A DNA stretch of 64,000 nt from Coriobacteriia bacterium. GTDB lineage: Bacteria; Actinomycetota; Coriobacteriia; Coriobacteriales; UBA8131. Under the pieces are notes generated by a model. It worked only from the letters and a program-made list of their open reading frames with translations. It did no database searches and was not told the origin of the DNA. Location: assembly GCA_009783085.1 (NCBI GenBank), contig WRHU01000002.1:10019-74018 (forward strand). Reading direction: 5' to 3'. The translations under genes were made by a program, and so were the position numbers. Numbering within the stretch: the first letter of the stretch is position 1; every line of letters begins with the position of its first letter. Positions 8,943 through 18,933 of this stretch are shown here, piece by piece.

Positions 8943-9578
8943 TTATTTCTTGGCGCTTGGCTTAGGAGTCACTGCTGACTTTGCGGCGCGCGTAGTTTTT
9001 GCAGCAGTCGTCTTTGCAGCCGTAGCTGTTTTGGTTGCTGCTTTTGTTGCCGTCTTTTTCGCAGCTGTAGCCTTGGCAGCAGCCGTCTTAGCGGTAGCAG
9101 TGTTGGTTGCCGCAACCTTCTTTGCTGCGCTCGTAGCCGCACCCGTAGCAGTCGTTTTTGCTCGCGTGGCAGCCGCCGAGGCAGTTCCAGCCACAGAAAG
9201 CGTCTTGTCTTTAGCTGACGCCGCAACAGCAGACACGGGCTTTGCGTACATATCGTTTGCCGTGCTTGCCGTAGCTTTTGCGCTGGCTTTTAGCTCAGCA
9301 TACCGTGCGCCCTTGCGACCAAGCTGCAAAGAGATAAGGCCGGCAGACACAAGCGTTGCTACAAAGCCAAGGCACATGATGATAGCGGTAAGAAGCTTAG
9401 GAACATACTGCTCAATGTAGTACTTGTCAACATCTTCCTCGGGGGCTCCTTGCAATCTTGCGTCATCAAGCATGCTAAGTTCGGCCGAGCTGAAAAGGGA
9501 AATCTGAGCAATTCCCAAAATCAACACAACGCTAGCGAGGGCAAAGATAATAACCGGTACAATTTTTTTCAATTCCAT
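8943..9578 (-). CDS. Membrane protein with an Ala/Thr/Lys-rich C-terminal tail
   Basis: Two predicted TM segments (IVPVIIFALASVVLILGIAQI, LLTAIIMCLGFVATLVSAGLISL), then about 90 aa of AKT-rich low complexity ending in KPSAKK. GGAGG lies 8 nt upstream of the ATG. Confidence 0.6.
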   Translation of the reverse strand: MELKKIVPVIIFALASVVLILGIAQISLFSSAELSMLDDARLQGAPEEDVDKYYIEQYVPKLLTAIIMCLGFVATLVSAGLISLQLGRKGARYAELKASAKATASTANDMYAKPVSAVAASAKDKTLSVAGTASAAATRAKTTATGAATSAAKKVAATNTATAKTAAAKATAAKKTATKAATKTATAAKTTAAKTTRAAKSAVTPKPSAKK

Positions 9579-9655
9579 CTTTAAGACCTCCAGTTTCGTT
9601 TTGGCAAATGAAATCTCTGGGGAAATTATAGCAGAGAACTCTTTTTAGTTAATAG

Positions 9656-11602
9656 CTATTCTTGCTGACGCAAAACGGCATAGACTTCCTCGGCAACGGC
9701 AGCGGGAATGCCGGGAGTAGCAGCAAGTTCCTCAAGAGAGGCTGCACGTAAGTTTTTGAGTGAGCCAAAAGTTTTGAGAAGGACTTTTTTGCGTTTGGGA
9801 CCAAGCCCCTCTATGTTGTCGAGAATACTTGCGGTCATAGCTTTGCCACGCAGCTGGCGGTGAAAGGTGATGGCAAAACGATGCGCCTCGTCGCGCACTT
9901 GCTTAACGAGGTAGAGCGCGGGCGAGCCAGTGGGCAAGACCACTGGCTCGCCCGCGCCCCACGGAACAAACAACTCTTCATCGCGCTTGGCAAGACCAGC
10001 AACAGAAATATCCTCAATACCCAGTTCTTTGAGCTGCGCTAACGCAGCAGTGAGCTGTGGTTTTCCTCCGTCAATAATGAGCAAATCGGGCTTTGTTCCA
10101 AAACGACCATCAGCCATACGATCTGGCGCATACCGACGCGCCAACACTTCGCTCATCATGGCAACGTCGTTGGCTTCGCCTGTATCAAGCCGTACCTTAA
10201 AACGCCGATACCATGCCTTGTCAGGACTTCCGGCATTAAACACTACCATTGAAGCCACCGAATGCGTACCGTGAATGGTCGAGATATCAAAGCACTCAAT
10301 ACGCAAAGGCGGCTTGGGCAAGGCAAGTGCACTTTCAAGTTCAAGCAGCGCACGGTTGATGCGTTCATCGTCATAGCGCGTGCGCACCTTGTAACGCAGC
10401 AGCGTGTGTTTGGCGTTGCGCTCGGCAAGAGCAAGCAATTCGTGACGCTCGCCTCTCTTGGCAACACTCAGCCGCACCTTTGCTCCCCGGGCAGATGCCA
10501 ACTTGCTCGTAAGCCACTCCTCAAGCTCGGTGGCGTCTTCAGAAAGCGATGCTATAACAATCTCGCGGGGAATATCGGTGGCCTGCTCGTAATAACGCAA
10601 CAAAAACTGGCTCGTAAGCTCACCGTCTGCAATGTCAAGACCCTTGTCGAGCACAAACTCGTTGCTGATATTAACAACACCCTCGCGCACGCTAAACAAA
10701 TGCACGCCAGCGATGGTTTCCTCCCTAAAAAACCCGATAACATCAGCGTTGAGGCTAGGAGCTACCACAACGTGTTGCTTGTCGCGCAAAGCTGCTATGG
10801 AGTTCAAGCGGCTCTTAGCACGTGACGCTCGCTCAAAATCAAGCTCAGCCGCCGCTTCTTGCATCTCGCTTTTGATGGCCTTGATAAAAACTTGATGCTT
10901 CCCTGATAAAAACTGACTAATTTGCCTAACATTGCTTCTATACTCTGCCGGTGTGCAGCCTCCCGAACAAATGCCGGGCCCTATACCAACGTGAGAATCA
11001 AAACACGGTTTGATGGTTGGAGGTGGCTCAAACTTGGCCCCTTCCTCCTTGTCAAACTCGGCCGCAGCTCCTGCCCCAAACTCCAGCTCAGGGTGAGCGG
11101 CAAGCCACGTGCGCAGGCGCTTCCATTCAACACATTTGGCAGAGCAAAGGGGCACAATGCGGCGAGCCGTGTCAATGGTCATGCGGGCGGCACGGGCATC
11201 GGTGTACGGACCAAAATAACGTGTGTTGGCAACAGGCTTTTCTCGCGTAAACTTTATCGCCGGAAACGTATCGCCCATGGTAAGCGCAATAAAGGGATAA
11301 CTTTTGTCGTCTTTGAAATCGACATTAAACGACGGACTGTACTGATTTATGAGGTTTTTTTCCAGCACCAGCGACTCATGTTCGTTGTCGGTGACAATGT
11401 AGTCAAAAGACGCCACCTGTTCCATGAGCCGCGGAATCATAGCACGTTCGTCCGTCAACGCTGTGTACTGACGCATGCGGGCACGCAGTTGCCGCGCCTT
11501 GCCCACATACAGCACCGTGCCCTCTGCATCTTTCCACAGATACACCCCCGGCTCAAGCGGCACGGAGGTGAGCTGTTTGGCTATGTTTGCAAGCTGCTTC
11601 AT
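9656..11602 (-). CDS. uvrC: Excinuclease ABC subunit C
   Basis: 648 aa with a GIY-YIG N-terminus (PGVYLWKDAEGTVLYVGKA), a UVR domain, an endonuclease domain and a C-terminal HhH region. Confidence 0.95.
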   Translation of the reverse strand: MKQLANIAKQLTSVPLEPGVYLWKDAEGTVLYVGKARQLRARMRQYTALTDERAMIPRLMEQVASFDYIVTDNEHESLVLEKNLINQYSPSFNVDFKDDKSYPFIALTMGDTFPAIKFTREKPVANTRYFGPYTDARAARMTIDTARRIVPLCSAKCVEWKRLRTWLAAHPELEFGAGAAAEFDKEEGAKFEPPPTIKPCFDSHVGIGPGICSGGCTPAEYRSNVRQISQFLSGKHQVFIKAIKSEMQEAAAELDFERASRAKSRLNSIAALRDKQHVVVAPSLNADVIGFFREETIAGVHLFSVREGVVNISNEFVLDKGLDIADGELTSQFLLRYYEQATDIPREIVIASLSEDATELEEWLTSKLASARGAKVRLSVAKRGERHELLALAERNAKHTLLRYKVRTRYDDERINRALLELESALALPKPPLRIECFDISTIHGTHSVASMVVFNAGSPDKAWYRRFKVRLDTGEANDVAMMSEVLARRYAPDRMADGRFGTKPDLLIIDGGKPQLTAALAQLKELGIEDISVAGLAKRDEELFVPWGAGEPVVLPTGSPALYLVKQVRDEAHRFAITFHRQLRGKAMTASILDNIEGLGPKRKKVLLKTFGSLKNLRAASLEELAATPGIPAAVAEEVYAVLRQQE

Positions 11603-11686
11603 GCCAATAATAGTACCACGAGGCCCGACCTCATGCTTTTAGTCGAGCCTCGCTTCTACTGAAATACTATGCCAAGCTTTTAGGGC

Positions 11687-12991
11687 TTATTTTGCGCTCC
11701 CTTTGGGTTTTTGCTTCGTTTCCGCTTTTGGTGCTTCCGTTTTTTGAGCCTCAACTTTTAACGATTCCTCTTCTATTGCTTGCTGGGCTTTTGCAAGCTC
11801 TTTTGCAAACCTCTTGTTTCTGCGTTTCTTGCGCGCCTTTATCACGATAAGCACGATCAGCCACAGAACAACACCAACCACCAGCAAGAAGATAATTACC
11901 GGCAATGCACCAGCGAGAAATACCACAACGTCTTGCAAAAACTCCCCAAGACCACTAGCAGAAAACGCAAAGGCATTTGAGGCACGCTCGCCAAGACGCT
12001 CGCCATCTTTACCAATAGTTTCTGGCGTAATAAGCTCCGTGAGCGAAATGTCCACCGTTGAAAAATCAACTATCTGGTCGAGGTGGCGCTTGTTGCTCTG
12101 GTAGCTATCAAGCTCAGACAGCACGGCAGAAAGCTCGCGCTCAAACTCAACGATGTCTTTGGCGTCTTTTGCCTCAACGAGATACGCCATAAGACGCTCT
12201 TTGCGAATCTCAAGCATTTCAATGCGTGCCTCGGTGTCAAAATACTCCGCCGTCAAATCTTGCGAACGCTTGGCTCTGTTTTTGATCTCACCAATACCGT
12301 CAAGCCCATCAAGAAATGAATCGTAACCAAGCGCAGGAACGCGCACCTTAAGCGTAGCAGTGCGTCCACGCAGGCGGTCATAGAGCTCAGAGTAATCGTC
12401 CATGTCCTCAGATACCACATAACCGTTGGAGTGATTAACCATGCTGATGATTGCTTTGTAGTCGGCATCAAAGTTCTTGGTGTTCAGAGCAATGCTTGCC
12501 CAAAACGTAATTTTGCGTCCTGTCTGTACGCTGCCTGTGGTGCTGGCAGGGCTTGTGTTGCCTGCGCCTTCTGCGGCATTTGCAAAGTCTGCTGAGCTTG
12601 CACTGTCTGCGTTAGTTGCACTGTCTGCTCCTCCTCCATCAGAAAGCCCCGAGTCCACGACATTCTTTTCTTCTCTTGGTATCGCTTCTGCTCTTGGTGT
12701 CGCTTCTGCTGGCGCTGCTGGTGCAATGTCCTCATCAACAGAGCCCTCATATCCATACATTCCATTTTCTGAGTATTTTGGTTCATACGGGCTTTCTGGA
12801 CCTGTTGTATTTGCCGAGCCTTGCGCTGGACCGCTCTCAGTGGAAGCTCCGCCCATCTCATCAAATAAGCCTTCTGAGCACGCAGTGAGCGAAGCCAGAG
12901 AGCCGCACACCAGCAAAACCGCCAGCAATACTACCATGAGGGCTTTGAGCGCACGCACGCCTGTCCTTTGTGTGTTCATTTTTCTTTTCAT
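11687..12991 (-). CDS. DUF4349-like lipoprotein with a C-terminal membrane anchor
   Basis: Signal peptide with lipobox (SLASLTAC), a low-complexity linker, a DUF4349-like core (GRKITFWASIALNTKNFDADYKAI...GYVVSE; coiled-coil) and a C-terminal TM segment followed by a basic tail. Confidence 0.6.
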   Translation of the reverse strand: MKRKMNTQRTGVRALKALMVVLLAVLLVCGSLASLTACSEGLFDEMGGASTESGPAQGSANTTGPESPYEPKYSENGMYGYEGSVDEDIAPAAPAEATPRAEAIPREEKNVVDSGLSDGGGADSATNADSASSADFANAAEGAGNTSPASTTGSVQTGRKITFWASIALNTKNFDADYKAIISMVNHSNGYVVSEDMDDYSELYDRLRGRTATLKVRVPALGYDSFLDGLDGIGEIKNRAKRSQDLTAEYFDTEARIEMLEIRKERLMAYLVEAKDAKDIVEFERELSAVLSELDSYQSNKRHLDQIVDFSTVDISLTELITPETIGKDGERLGERASNAFAFSASGLGEFLQDVVVFLAGALPVIIFLLVVGVVLWLIVLIVIKARKKRRNKRFAKELAKAQQAIEEESLKVEAQKTEAPKAETKQKPKGSAK

Positions 12992-13138
12992 TGTTCTACC
13001 ACCTTTTCTCCTTGTTTAACTGTTTCTTTAAGTAGTTCTCGTTGCTTTGGCTCTGCAAGCTTCATCTTGCAAGGCAAAAAGCAGTTTGACCGTTCTTAAT
13101 AAATACGACTGAAAAGGAGAAAGTGTCGGAGTGGGCTG

Positions 13139-13227
13139 GGGGAGCTCTTGGGATTAGGGGAGCTCTTGGGATTAGGGAAGCTCTTGAGAGTAGGGAAGCT
13201 CTTGGGATTAGGGAAGCTCTTGAGGTA
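13139..13227. repeat. 18-bp tandem repeat x5 (GGGRAGCTCTTGRGRKTA)
   Basis: Contiguous units read directly, starting at 13139, 13157, 13175, 13193 and 13211. Intergenic, downstream of the NYN gene. Confidence 0.9.
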
Positions 13228-13257
13228 GGCTTTTGGCAGAACGTTTTGAGGATTATC

Positions 13258-13785
13258 TTACAAGCGCTTCTGCCGAACCCACTGGTGAAGCTTCTCGCGG
13301 GTTTTCTCGTCAAGACGCTCTCCCAAGGTATTTTTGGTCGCAACCATATCGACCTCTTTAACCGTGGCTTTTTTGATGGCCCGTATCTCGTCGGCAAACC
13401 CAAGGGCAGACATACGGGTCACCCGCGTGCCCAACACTGTCCACTGCGTGGCAGCGTCCGAGGTTATCACCAGCACGTTGCGCCCCTGAGCAGCAGCCTC
13501 ACGTGCGAGCCCTTCAATGGTGGAATCCGCCGTGGTGTTTGCTGCCGAGAAAATGACGCTTATGCCAGCGATGTCGTTGCGCTCGCCGGTTGAGGTTTCG
13601 TTGCCTGCGCCATCAAAGACCACCACAGCATCATAACCGCGATGAGCAAAAACAGCTACGTCGCTGATAAGAGCCTCGCGCGCCGCATTAAAGACCTCAT
13701 GCGTGTGGTCGTCTTGTGTGATTTCAGCATACAGCCCACTGCTTCGCAGCACGTTATAGCCGTCAACAATAAGGGTTGTTTTCAT
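13258..13785 (-). CDS. NYN-domain protein (YacP/Rae1-like ribonuclease)
   Basis: MKTTLIVDGYNVLRS start and a VVFDGAGN...VIFSAANTTADSTIE pattern typical of YacP-like NYN proteins. Confidence 0.72.
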   Translation of the reverse strand: MKTTLIVDGYNVLRSSGLYAEITQDDHTHEVFNAAREALISDVAVFAHRGYDAVVVFDGAGNETSTGERNDIAGISVIFSAANTTADSTIEGLAREAAAQGRNVLVITSDAATQWTVLGTRVTRMSALGFADEIRAIKKATVKEVDMVATKNTLGERLDEKTREKLHQWVRQKRL

Positions 13786-13836
13786 ACGTTTTCTTCTACG
13801 CTTTCTTTTCCAATGTTCTTTTTTGGCTTTCGCAGA

Positions 13837-15588
13837 CTACTTCTCGTCTTTCCAAGCCGTCTCAACAAGAGCAAAAAGCTCGTTGCGTGAGTGAACATTG
13901 AGTTTAGCGTAAATGTTGTGTGTGTGGGTGCGCGCAGTGTTCATGCTGATATGCAAACGGCTGGCAATGCTGTCGCTGCCCCTCCCAAGCGCAAGCAGCT
14001 CAAAAATTTCTTGTTCTCGTGAGGAGAGGCGAAAAGAAGCTCCCACTCGTTTGCAGGCCTCAATATACGGACGTGCGTGTGGCTCGCCATTGGTATCATC
14101 GTGGTGCGCAGGTATCCCTTTTTGTGTTTTTAGGTCATCAAAATTGAGCTCTCTTTCAAAAACTGATGAAAATAGTCGGTCAAACTCTTTTTCCGAAAAG
14201 ATAAGAATCGCACTCACCAACACCAACGTTGCCAAGACCACAAATACAAAGGATGTCCAAAACGAAGGCGTCATGGGTATTAACCACGCTCCTATCATCC
14301 AGCCCAAAACGCTCCCTACCACAAACGCTCCGCGCCCAAAACCAAAGACAGTAACGGGCGAAAGGTGATTTTGACGCACCACAAACGCAAGCAAGCACCA
14401 GAGGAGCAGGTCAAAAATAATGAGCGTGAAGCCAACAAAAATTGAGAAGAGTCCGCCGTATAACTGAAGAGATGAGGCAAAGGTTACCGTAGCGGCGATT
14501 CCCACCATGAGAGAAAGGTACAGTTTTCCAAAGTTGATATGCTTGACAATGCGCAGCATAAAATAGAGAAACACCACCACAAACAACATGCGCAGAAGCA
14601 TAAGTATGTTGCTGTATATGAGTGTTTCGTCAGGAATTTGCCCATGAACTGCCAGACCACTTACTACGGAGGTAACGAGCGTAAAGAAGAGTACTGCCAC
14701 ACAAAGTTTCCAAAAACTACTCGGAAGCTTGGAATCCTGTTGTTTTTGGGGTTCGTTGGAGTGTGCGGCTGCAGTGGTTTCAGTTGTTGCTGTGTTAGTT
14801 GGGGAATTTGCGGTTGTTGCGGTTGTGGTGGTGGTTGCAGTGGTAGCGGTGGTTGCAGCGGTGGTTGCAGTGGTGGTTGCAGCGGTGGTTGCAGCGGTGG
14901 TTGCAGCCATCTCTGTTTCTGCCAGAGATTCAATCGGGGAGCTTGCGACAAGACCGCCTCCCGACGACGTAGTTATCAATGCAGCGCCTAGTATCGGCAA
15001 AATCATTAAGGCAATAATGCCTGAAAGCGAGGGGCCTCCAGGAACCGGGTGCCACCACTCAGTTCCCAAAAAGAGGAAGTAGATGGCTGCCACCAGCAGC
15101 TGTGACAAAACCACATAAATAACAACCTTGTTTGGGGCAAGATGCCCGTACAGCTGGCCACACTTAAGTATAAGAGGCGCAGTTCCAATTCCTGTCAAAA
15201 CGCAGCCAAAATAAAACGGCCACGCAACTGCCAAATAATAGGGACCTGCCGCAATAATGCAGAGCACACCAAAGCTTACGAGTGCCGCACTGCCGTAGAT
15301 GAGCGCAGGTCGGCCAAGTAACGTTGATACGCGTTTGTGGAGAAAAGGCGCAAGCAGCATGACGAGCGCAAGTGCGCCAGACGAAAGAAGATACATGTAC
15401 GAAATGTGGCGCCCGTCTATCTCGGTGTCTGACAGCCAAAACGTACCGCTAAAGGCAAGCTGTTCCCAAGCAAGTAAAACACCGAGTCCAAGAAGAGGCA
15501 AGCCAGGCCATAGAGCAGTTAACTCATTAAGAAAATAGTGTTTATTACTAGGTCTGCCCATAGGTAAATCCCTAACTCTCTTGTTCAA
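13837..15588 (-). CDS. Polytopic membrane LuxR-family transcriptional regulator
   Basis: About 10 hydrophobic segments followed by a C-terminal LuxR HTH (SSREQEIFELLALGRGSDSIASRLHISMNTARTHTHNIYAKLNV). Has an internal Thr/Ala repeat. Confidence 0.8.
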   Translation of the reverse strand: MNKRVRDLPMGRPSNKHYFLNELTALWPGLPLLGLGVLLAWEQLAFSGTFWLSDTEIDGRHISYMYLLSSGALALVMLLAPFLHKRVSTLLGRPALIYGSAALVSFGVLCIIAAGPYYLAVAWPFYFGCVLTGIGTAPLILKCGQLYGHLAPNKVVIYVVLSQLLVAAIYFLFLGTEWWHPVPGGPSLSGIIALMILPILGAALITTSSGGGLVASSPIESLAETEMAATTAATTAATTTATTAATTATTATTTTTATTANSPTNTATTETTAAAHSNEPQKQQDSKLPSSFWKLCVAVLFFTLVTSVVSGLAVHGQIPDETLIYSNILMLLRMLFVVVFLYFMLRIVKHINFGKLYLSLMVGIAATVTFASSLQLYGGLFSIFVGFTLIIFDLLLWCLLAFVVRQNHLSPVTVFGFGRGAFVVGSVLGWMIGAWLIPMTPSFWTSFVFVVLATLVLVSAILIFSEKEFDRLFSSVFERELNFDDLKTQKGIPAHHDDTNGEPHARPYIEACKRVGASFRLSSREQEIFELLALGRGSDSIASRLHISMNTARTHTHNIYAKLNVHSRNELFALVETAWKDEK

Positions 15589-15718
15589 TTATACACGGAA
15601 TACCCGCCTTATGGCTAGAAAATAGGCTTGTTGCAGGCTAAAAATTGCTTCTTTTCGCAAGACGCGCGCAGTGGTATTATCAAAACGACAGAAAATCGAG
15701 GCTTTGGGGAGGGTTATT

Positions 15719-17284
15719 ATGCCCACTTTTGGTAGTGTTTTTCTTGCTGTGTGTCTTATTTTGCTTGCGCTCGCCGCCATTCTCGTTGTCATTTTTATTG
15801 TCAACGCACTGCGCCTCAAGCCTACCCCCATTAACAAGCCCTTGCCCACATCAAGCGCCCGCGGGGATGATGGTGCCGTGGGCCGTTTTCAGGAAATGTT
15901 GCGCCTTCCTACCGTTTGGGGAGCAGAGCTGCCCAACCCCAACCGCACGTCTTTTGATGAGTTTATTCCCACACTCAAACGTCTTTATCCCCGTGTTTTT
16001 GAGAAGCTTGAGCTTACCATGGTGGACACGTATGGCATTTTGCTCAAATGGGCTGGTTCTAATCCGAGCGCTCAGCCGGTTGTACTTATGGCGCACCACG
16101 ACGTGGTAGAAGTGCAGCCTGAGGAGTGGACTCATGAGCCCTTTGGTGCCGAGATTGCTGATGGGCGCATTTGGGCGCGCGGCGTTTTGGACACCAAATG
16201 CGTTCTTGCGGCACTCTTTGAGGCAACCGACCGCCTGCTTGCCGAGGGCTATCAACCGCCGCGCGACGTCTACTTATGTTCCTCCAATAATGAGGAGGAC
16301 ATGGGCAGCACCGCACCCAATATGGTGGCGTTTTTTAAGGAGCGCGGCATTGAACCTTTGTTGGTTCTAGACGAGGGTGGTGCCGTTATTGATAAGGCTC
16401 CGCTGGGAGTAGCGGCTCCTTTTGCCATGGTGGGTGTTGCCGAAAAAGGAATTTGCAATGTTACGCTTACCGTTGCTTCAAAGGGCGGGCATGCATCAAC
16501 GCCGTCGCCTGATGATGCTCCCAGCAAGCTCGCACGCGGCATAAGCACGCTTCTCAAAAACCAGGCACCTGCCCGCCTTAATGCACCAACCATTGCCATG
16601 CTCAAAGAACTCGCTGCTCGCGGCAGTTTTGGTCTGCGACTTATATTTGGAAATCTCTGGTTTTTTAAGCCGCTCGTGCTTGCCATTATGAAGGGCGACG
16701 CAGAAACCGCAGCAATGGTGCGCAGCACCTACGCTCCCACCGAGCTTGCGGGCGGACGTGCCATCAACGTTATTCCCAAAGAAGCGAGCGTGGGCGTTAA
16801 CATAAGGATTTCTCCCTCGGAGTCAGGCGAGGTGGTGGTCAATCATTTGCGCGCCCAGTTTGGAGCGACGGCGCTTAAAAACGAAGTGGGCGCTGCGTCT
16901 GGGAGCGCTGCGTCTGGGAGTGCTGCGCCTGAGAGTGCTGCGGCTGAGAGTGCTGGCGACGTTCAAACAGAGGTAACCTATCTTAACGAGCCTTCGCCTA
17001 TCTCGCCCTTTGATGATGAGGTTTTTGGCTATCTAAGCCGCATCATACACAGCCTCTATCCGAGCGCAGGCATTGCTCCTTATGTGCAAAATGGGGCTAC
17101 CGATGCACGGCACTTTGCGCGCATTTGTCCGCATACCTATCGTTTTTCTGGCTTTGTGTTTAAGGCCGACCAGCGCACCACCATACACGGACAAGATGAG
17201 AATATGGACGTAGAAAGCTATTTGCGAGGCGTTGGTTTTTACTATGAATTTGTTCGTCATCTTGCTTTGTTGGACGAAGTCTAA
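15719..17284 (+). CDS. M20-family metallopeptidase with an N-terminal membrane anchor
   Basis: LMAHHDVV, RGVLDTKC, SSNNEEDMGS and GGHAS motifs. ATG at 15719 follows GGGGAGGG. The first 30 aa are hydrophobic. Confidence 0.8.
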   Translation: MPTFGSVFLAVCLILLALAAILVVIFIVNALRLKPTPINKPLPTSSARGDDGAVGRFQEMLRLPTVWGAELPNPNRTSFDEFIPTLKRLYPRVFEKLELTMVDTYGILLKWAGSNPSAQPVVLMAHHDVVEVQPEEWTHEPFGAEIADGRIWARGVLDTKCVLAALFEATDRLLAEGYQPPRDVYLCSSNNEEDMGSTAPNMVAFFKERGIEPLLVLDEGGAVIDKAPLGVAAPFAMVGVAEKGICNVTLTVASKGGHASTPSPDDAPSKLARGISTLLKNQAPARLNAPTIAMLKELAARGSFGLRLIFGNLWFFKPLVLAIMKGDAETAAMVRSTYAPTELAGGRAINVIPKEASVGVNIRISPSESGEVVVNHLRAQFGATALKNEVGAASGSAASGSAAPESAAAESAGDVQTEVTYLNEPSPISPFDDEVFGYLSRIIHSLYPSAGIAPYVQNGATDARHFARICPHTYRFSGFVFKADQRTTIHGQDENMDVESYLRGVGFYYEFVRHLALLDEV

Positions 17285-17363
17285 CCTTGTTGGGCGAAAT
17301 CTAATTTTGTTGGACAAAATCTCGACGAACCTAATCATCATTGCTTTGTTGGGTGAAACTAAG
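17264..17363. repeat. Four ~20-nt units; the first is the M20 peptidase stop region
   Basis: GCTTTGTTGGACGAAGTCTAA (genic) / CCTTGTTGGGCGAAATCTAA / TTTTGTTGGACAAAATCTCGA / TGCTTTGTTGGGTGAAACTAAG. Confidence 0.85.
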
Positions 17364-17378
17364 AGAACAGGAACAACC

Positions 17379-18842
17379 ATGGCACAAAAAACACCGTCTT
17401 CGCAGTCTTTGCAATCTTCGCAAGATCAGCAGTCTTCGCAAATTCCACAGTCTTTGCAAACTTCGCAACCCTCCCAATCTCCACAAGCTTCACACGGAAA
17501 GTTTTTCTACGGCTGGTGGATTGTAGCAGGCGGTTTTCTCATGATGGCAACCTGCTATACCATCTTTGTAAATTGCATTCCCTTGTTTCAGGCGCACGTT
17601 GTAAAAGATCTTGGGATCAGTATGGGGCAATTTAACACGGGGGTTTCGCTGTGCACGGTTGTAGCGATTTTTGCCTCGCTTGCTTTTGGCGCCTTGGTTG
17701 ATAAGCGCAGCACACGTATGCTGGGAAGCGTTACCGTTATTATCACGGCTGCGGTGCTGTTGCTCTTTTCTTTTATCACAGAGCTTTGGCAGCTTTACGC
17801 ACTGTGCGTTGCCGCCGGAATGATTGTGGTGGCAGGTACCCGTCTGCTGGTTTCTGTTCTCACGAGCAACTGGTTTAATATCCGACGCGGCTTAGCGGTT
17901 TCCATTGCTTTGTCGGGCTCTGGTTTTGGTGGAGTAATTCTTTCTCCGGTTACAAGTTTGATGATTGAAACTTACGGATGGCGTGCGGCATTTTTGCTGC
18001 TTGCCGTTATCAGTCTTGTTGCGGCTTTGCCCCTGATACTTCTTACTTGGCGCAACCGTCCCAGCGACAAAGGACTTTTGCCCTATGGCTCAAACGCCCC
18101 CGAACAGGCTTTGGCTCAGGTGCTCAAAGAGCGTGAAACAAAAATGTCTGGCGCTCCCGTTACCATTGCTATTGGGTGGAAGGTGCTGAGAAAAAATCTT
18201 GGTTTTTGGATACTCATTTTTGGCTTGGTATGCATGGGCATTGTCAACGGTGCCATTATCACTAATTCGGTTTCCAATATGACCTCGGTTACCTTAAATG
18301 ATGTTGAGATTGTAACGGGAGGACACTCAACGCTGTGGGCGGGCAATGTTTGGGCTTTGTATTTGGGCGTGGTCATTGTTGCCAAGATTGCATTGGGTGC
18401 CATTTATGACCGCTGGGGCTTGCGGGCTGGCACGCTCATTGGTACCGCTGCTTGCATAATTGCCTGCATTGGTTTGTGTTTTCCTGCTACCCTCTGGGGT
18501 CCCATTTTGGGTGCGGTGGCCTTTGGTTTTGGTACCTGTATGGGCACCGTAACGCCACCAGTTATGGTGGTTAAGGAATACGGAAAGAAAGACTTAGGTC
18601 TTGTGGTAGGCATTGCCACTGCCTTCGAGCTTTTTGGTGCGGCAATTGGTGCGGTGGTTTCTGGCGTGTTCTTTGATGCGTTCCATTCCTTTGCACCTGC
18701 GTGGATTATGGCGCTTATTGCTTCGGTGATTATGGGCTTGATGTTACTCTTGTCGATACCGGCAGCACAAAAACTTGTTGAGCAGCGGAAAGCCCAGGGC
18801 GCTCCCGAACTTGATGAAGAGGGTCTTGAGATTGCTAGCTAG
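17379..18842 (+). CDS. MFS transporter
   Basis: 12 TM-like segments. Start placed at ATG 17379 (MAQKTPSS...). N-terminal S/Q-rich repeat. Confidence 0.8.
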   Translation: MAQKTPSSQSLQSSQDQQSSQIPQSLQTSQPSQSPQASHGKFFYGWWIVAGGFLMMATCYTIFVNCIPLFQAHVVKDLGISMGQFNTGVSLCTVVAIFASLAFGALVDKRSTRMLGSVTVIITAAVLLLFSFITELWQLYALCVAAGMIVVAGTRLLVSVLTSNWFNIRRGLAVSIALSGSGFGGVILSPVTSLMIETYGWRAAFLLLAVISLVAALPLILLTWRNRPSDKGLLPYGSNAPEQALAQVLKERETKMSGAPVTIAIGWKVLRKNLGFWILIFGLVCMGIVNGAIITNSVSNMTSVTLNDVEIVTGGHSTLWAGNVWALYLGVVIVAKIALGAIYDRWGLRAGTLIGTAACIIACIGLCFPATLWGPILGAVAFGFGTCMGTVTPPVMVVKEYGKKDLGLVVGIATAFELFGAAIGAVVSGVFFDAFHSFAPAWIMALIASVIMGLMLLLSIPAAQKLVEQRKAQGAPELDEEGLEIAS

Positions 18843-18933
18843 GTTGAGCGACGAAAGTTTTTGGAAACGCTCGACTGAGCGCCAAAGCCTTGCGAGAAAT
18901 GCTCGTTTTTGCAAAGCGGCTTTGCGACAAATG

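Noticed and set aside
13139-13227. Possible CRISPR array (regular 18-bp repeats; also 43027-43072 and other arrays)
   Set aside because: The units are directly contiguous or separated by only a few bases, with no unique spacers. The repeats are too short and no cas genes are present.
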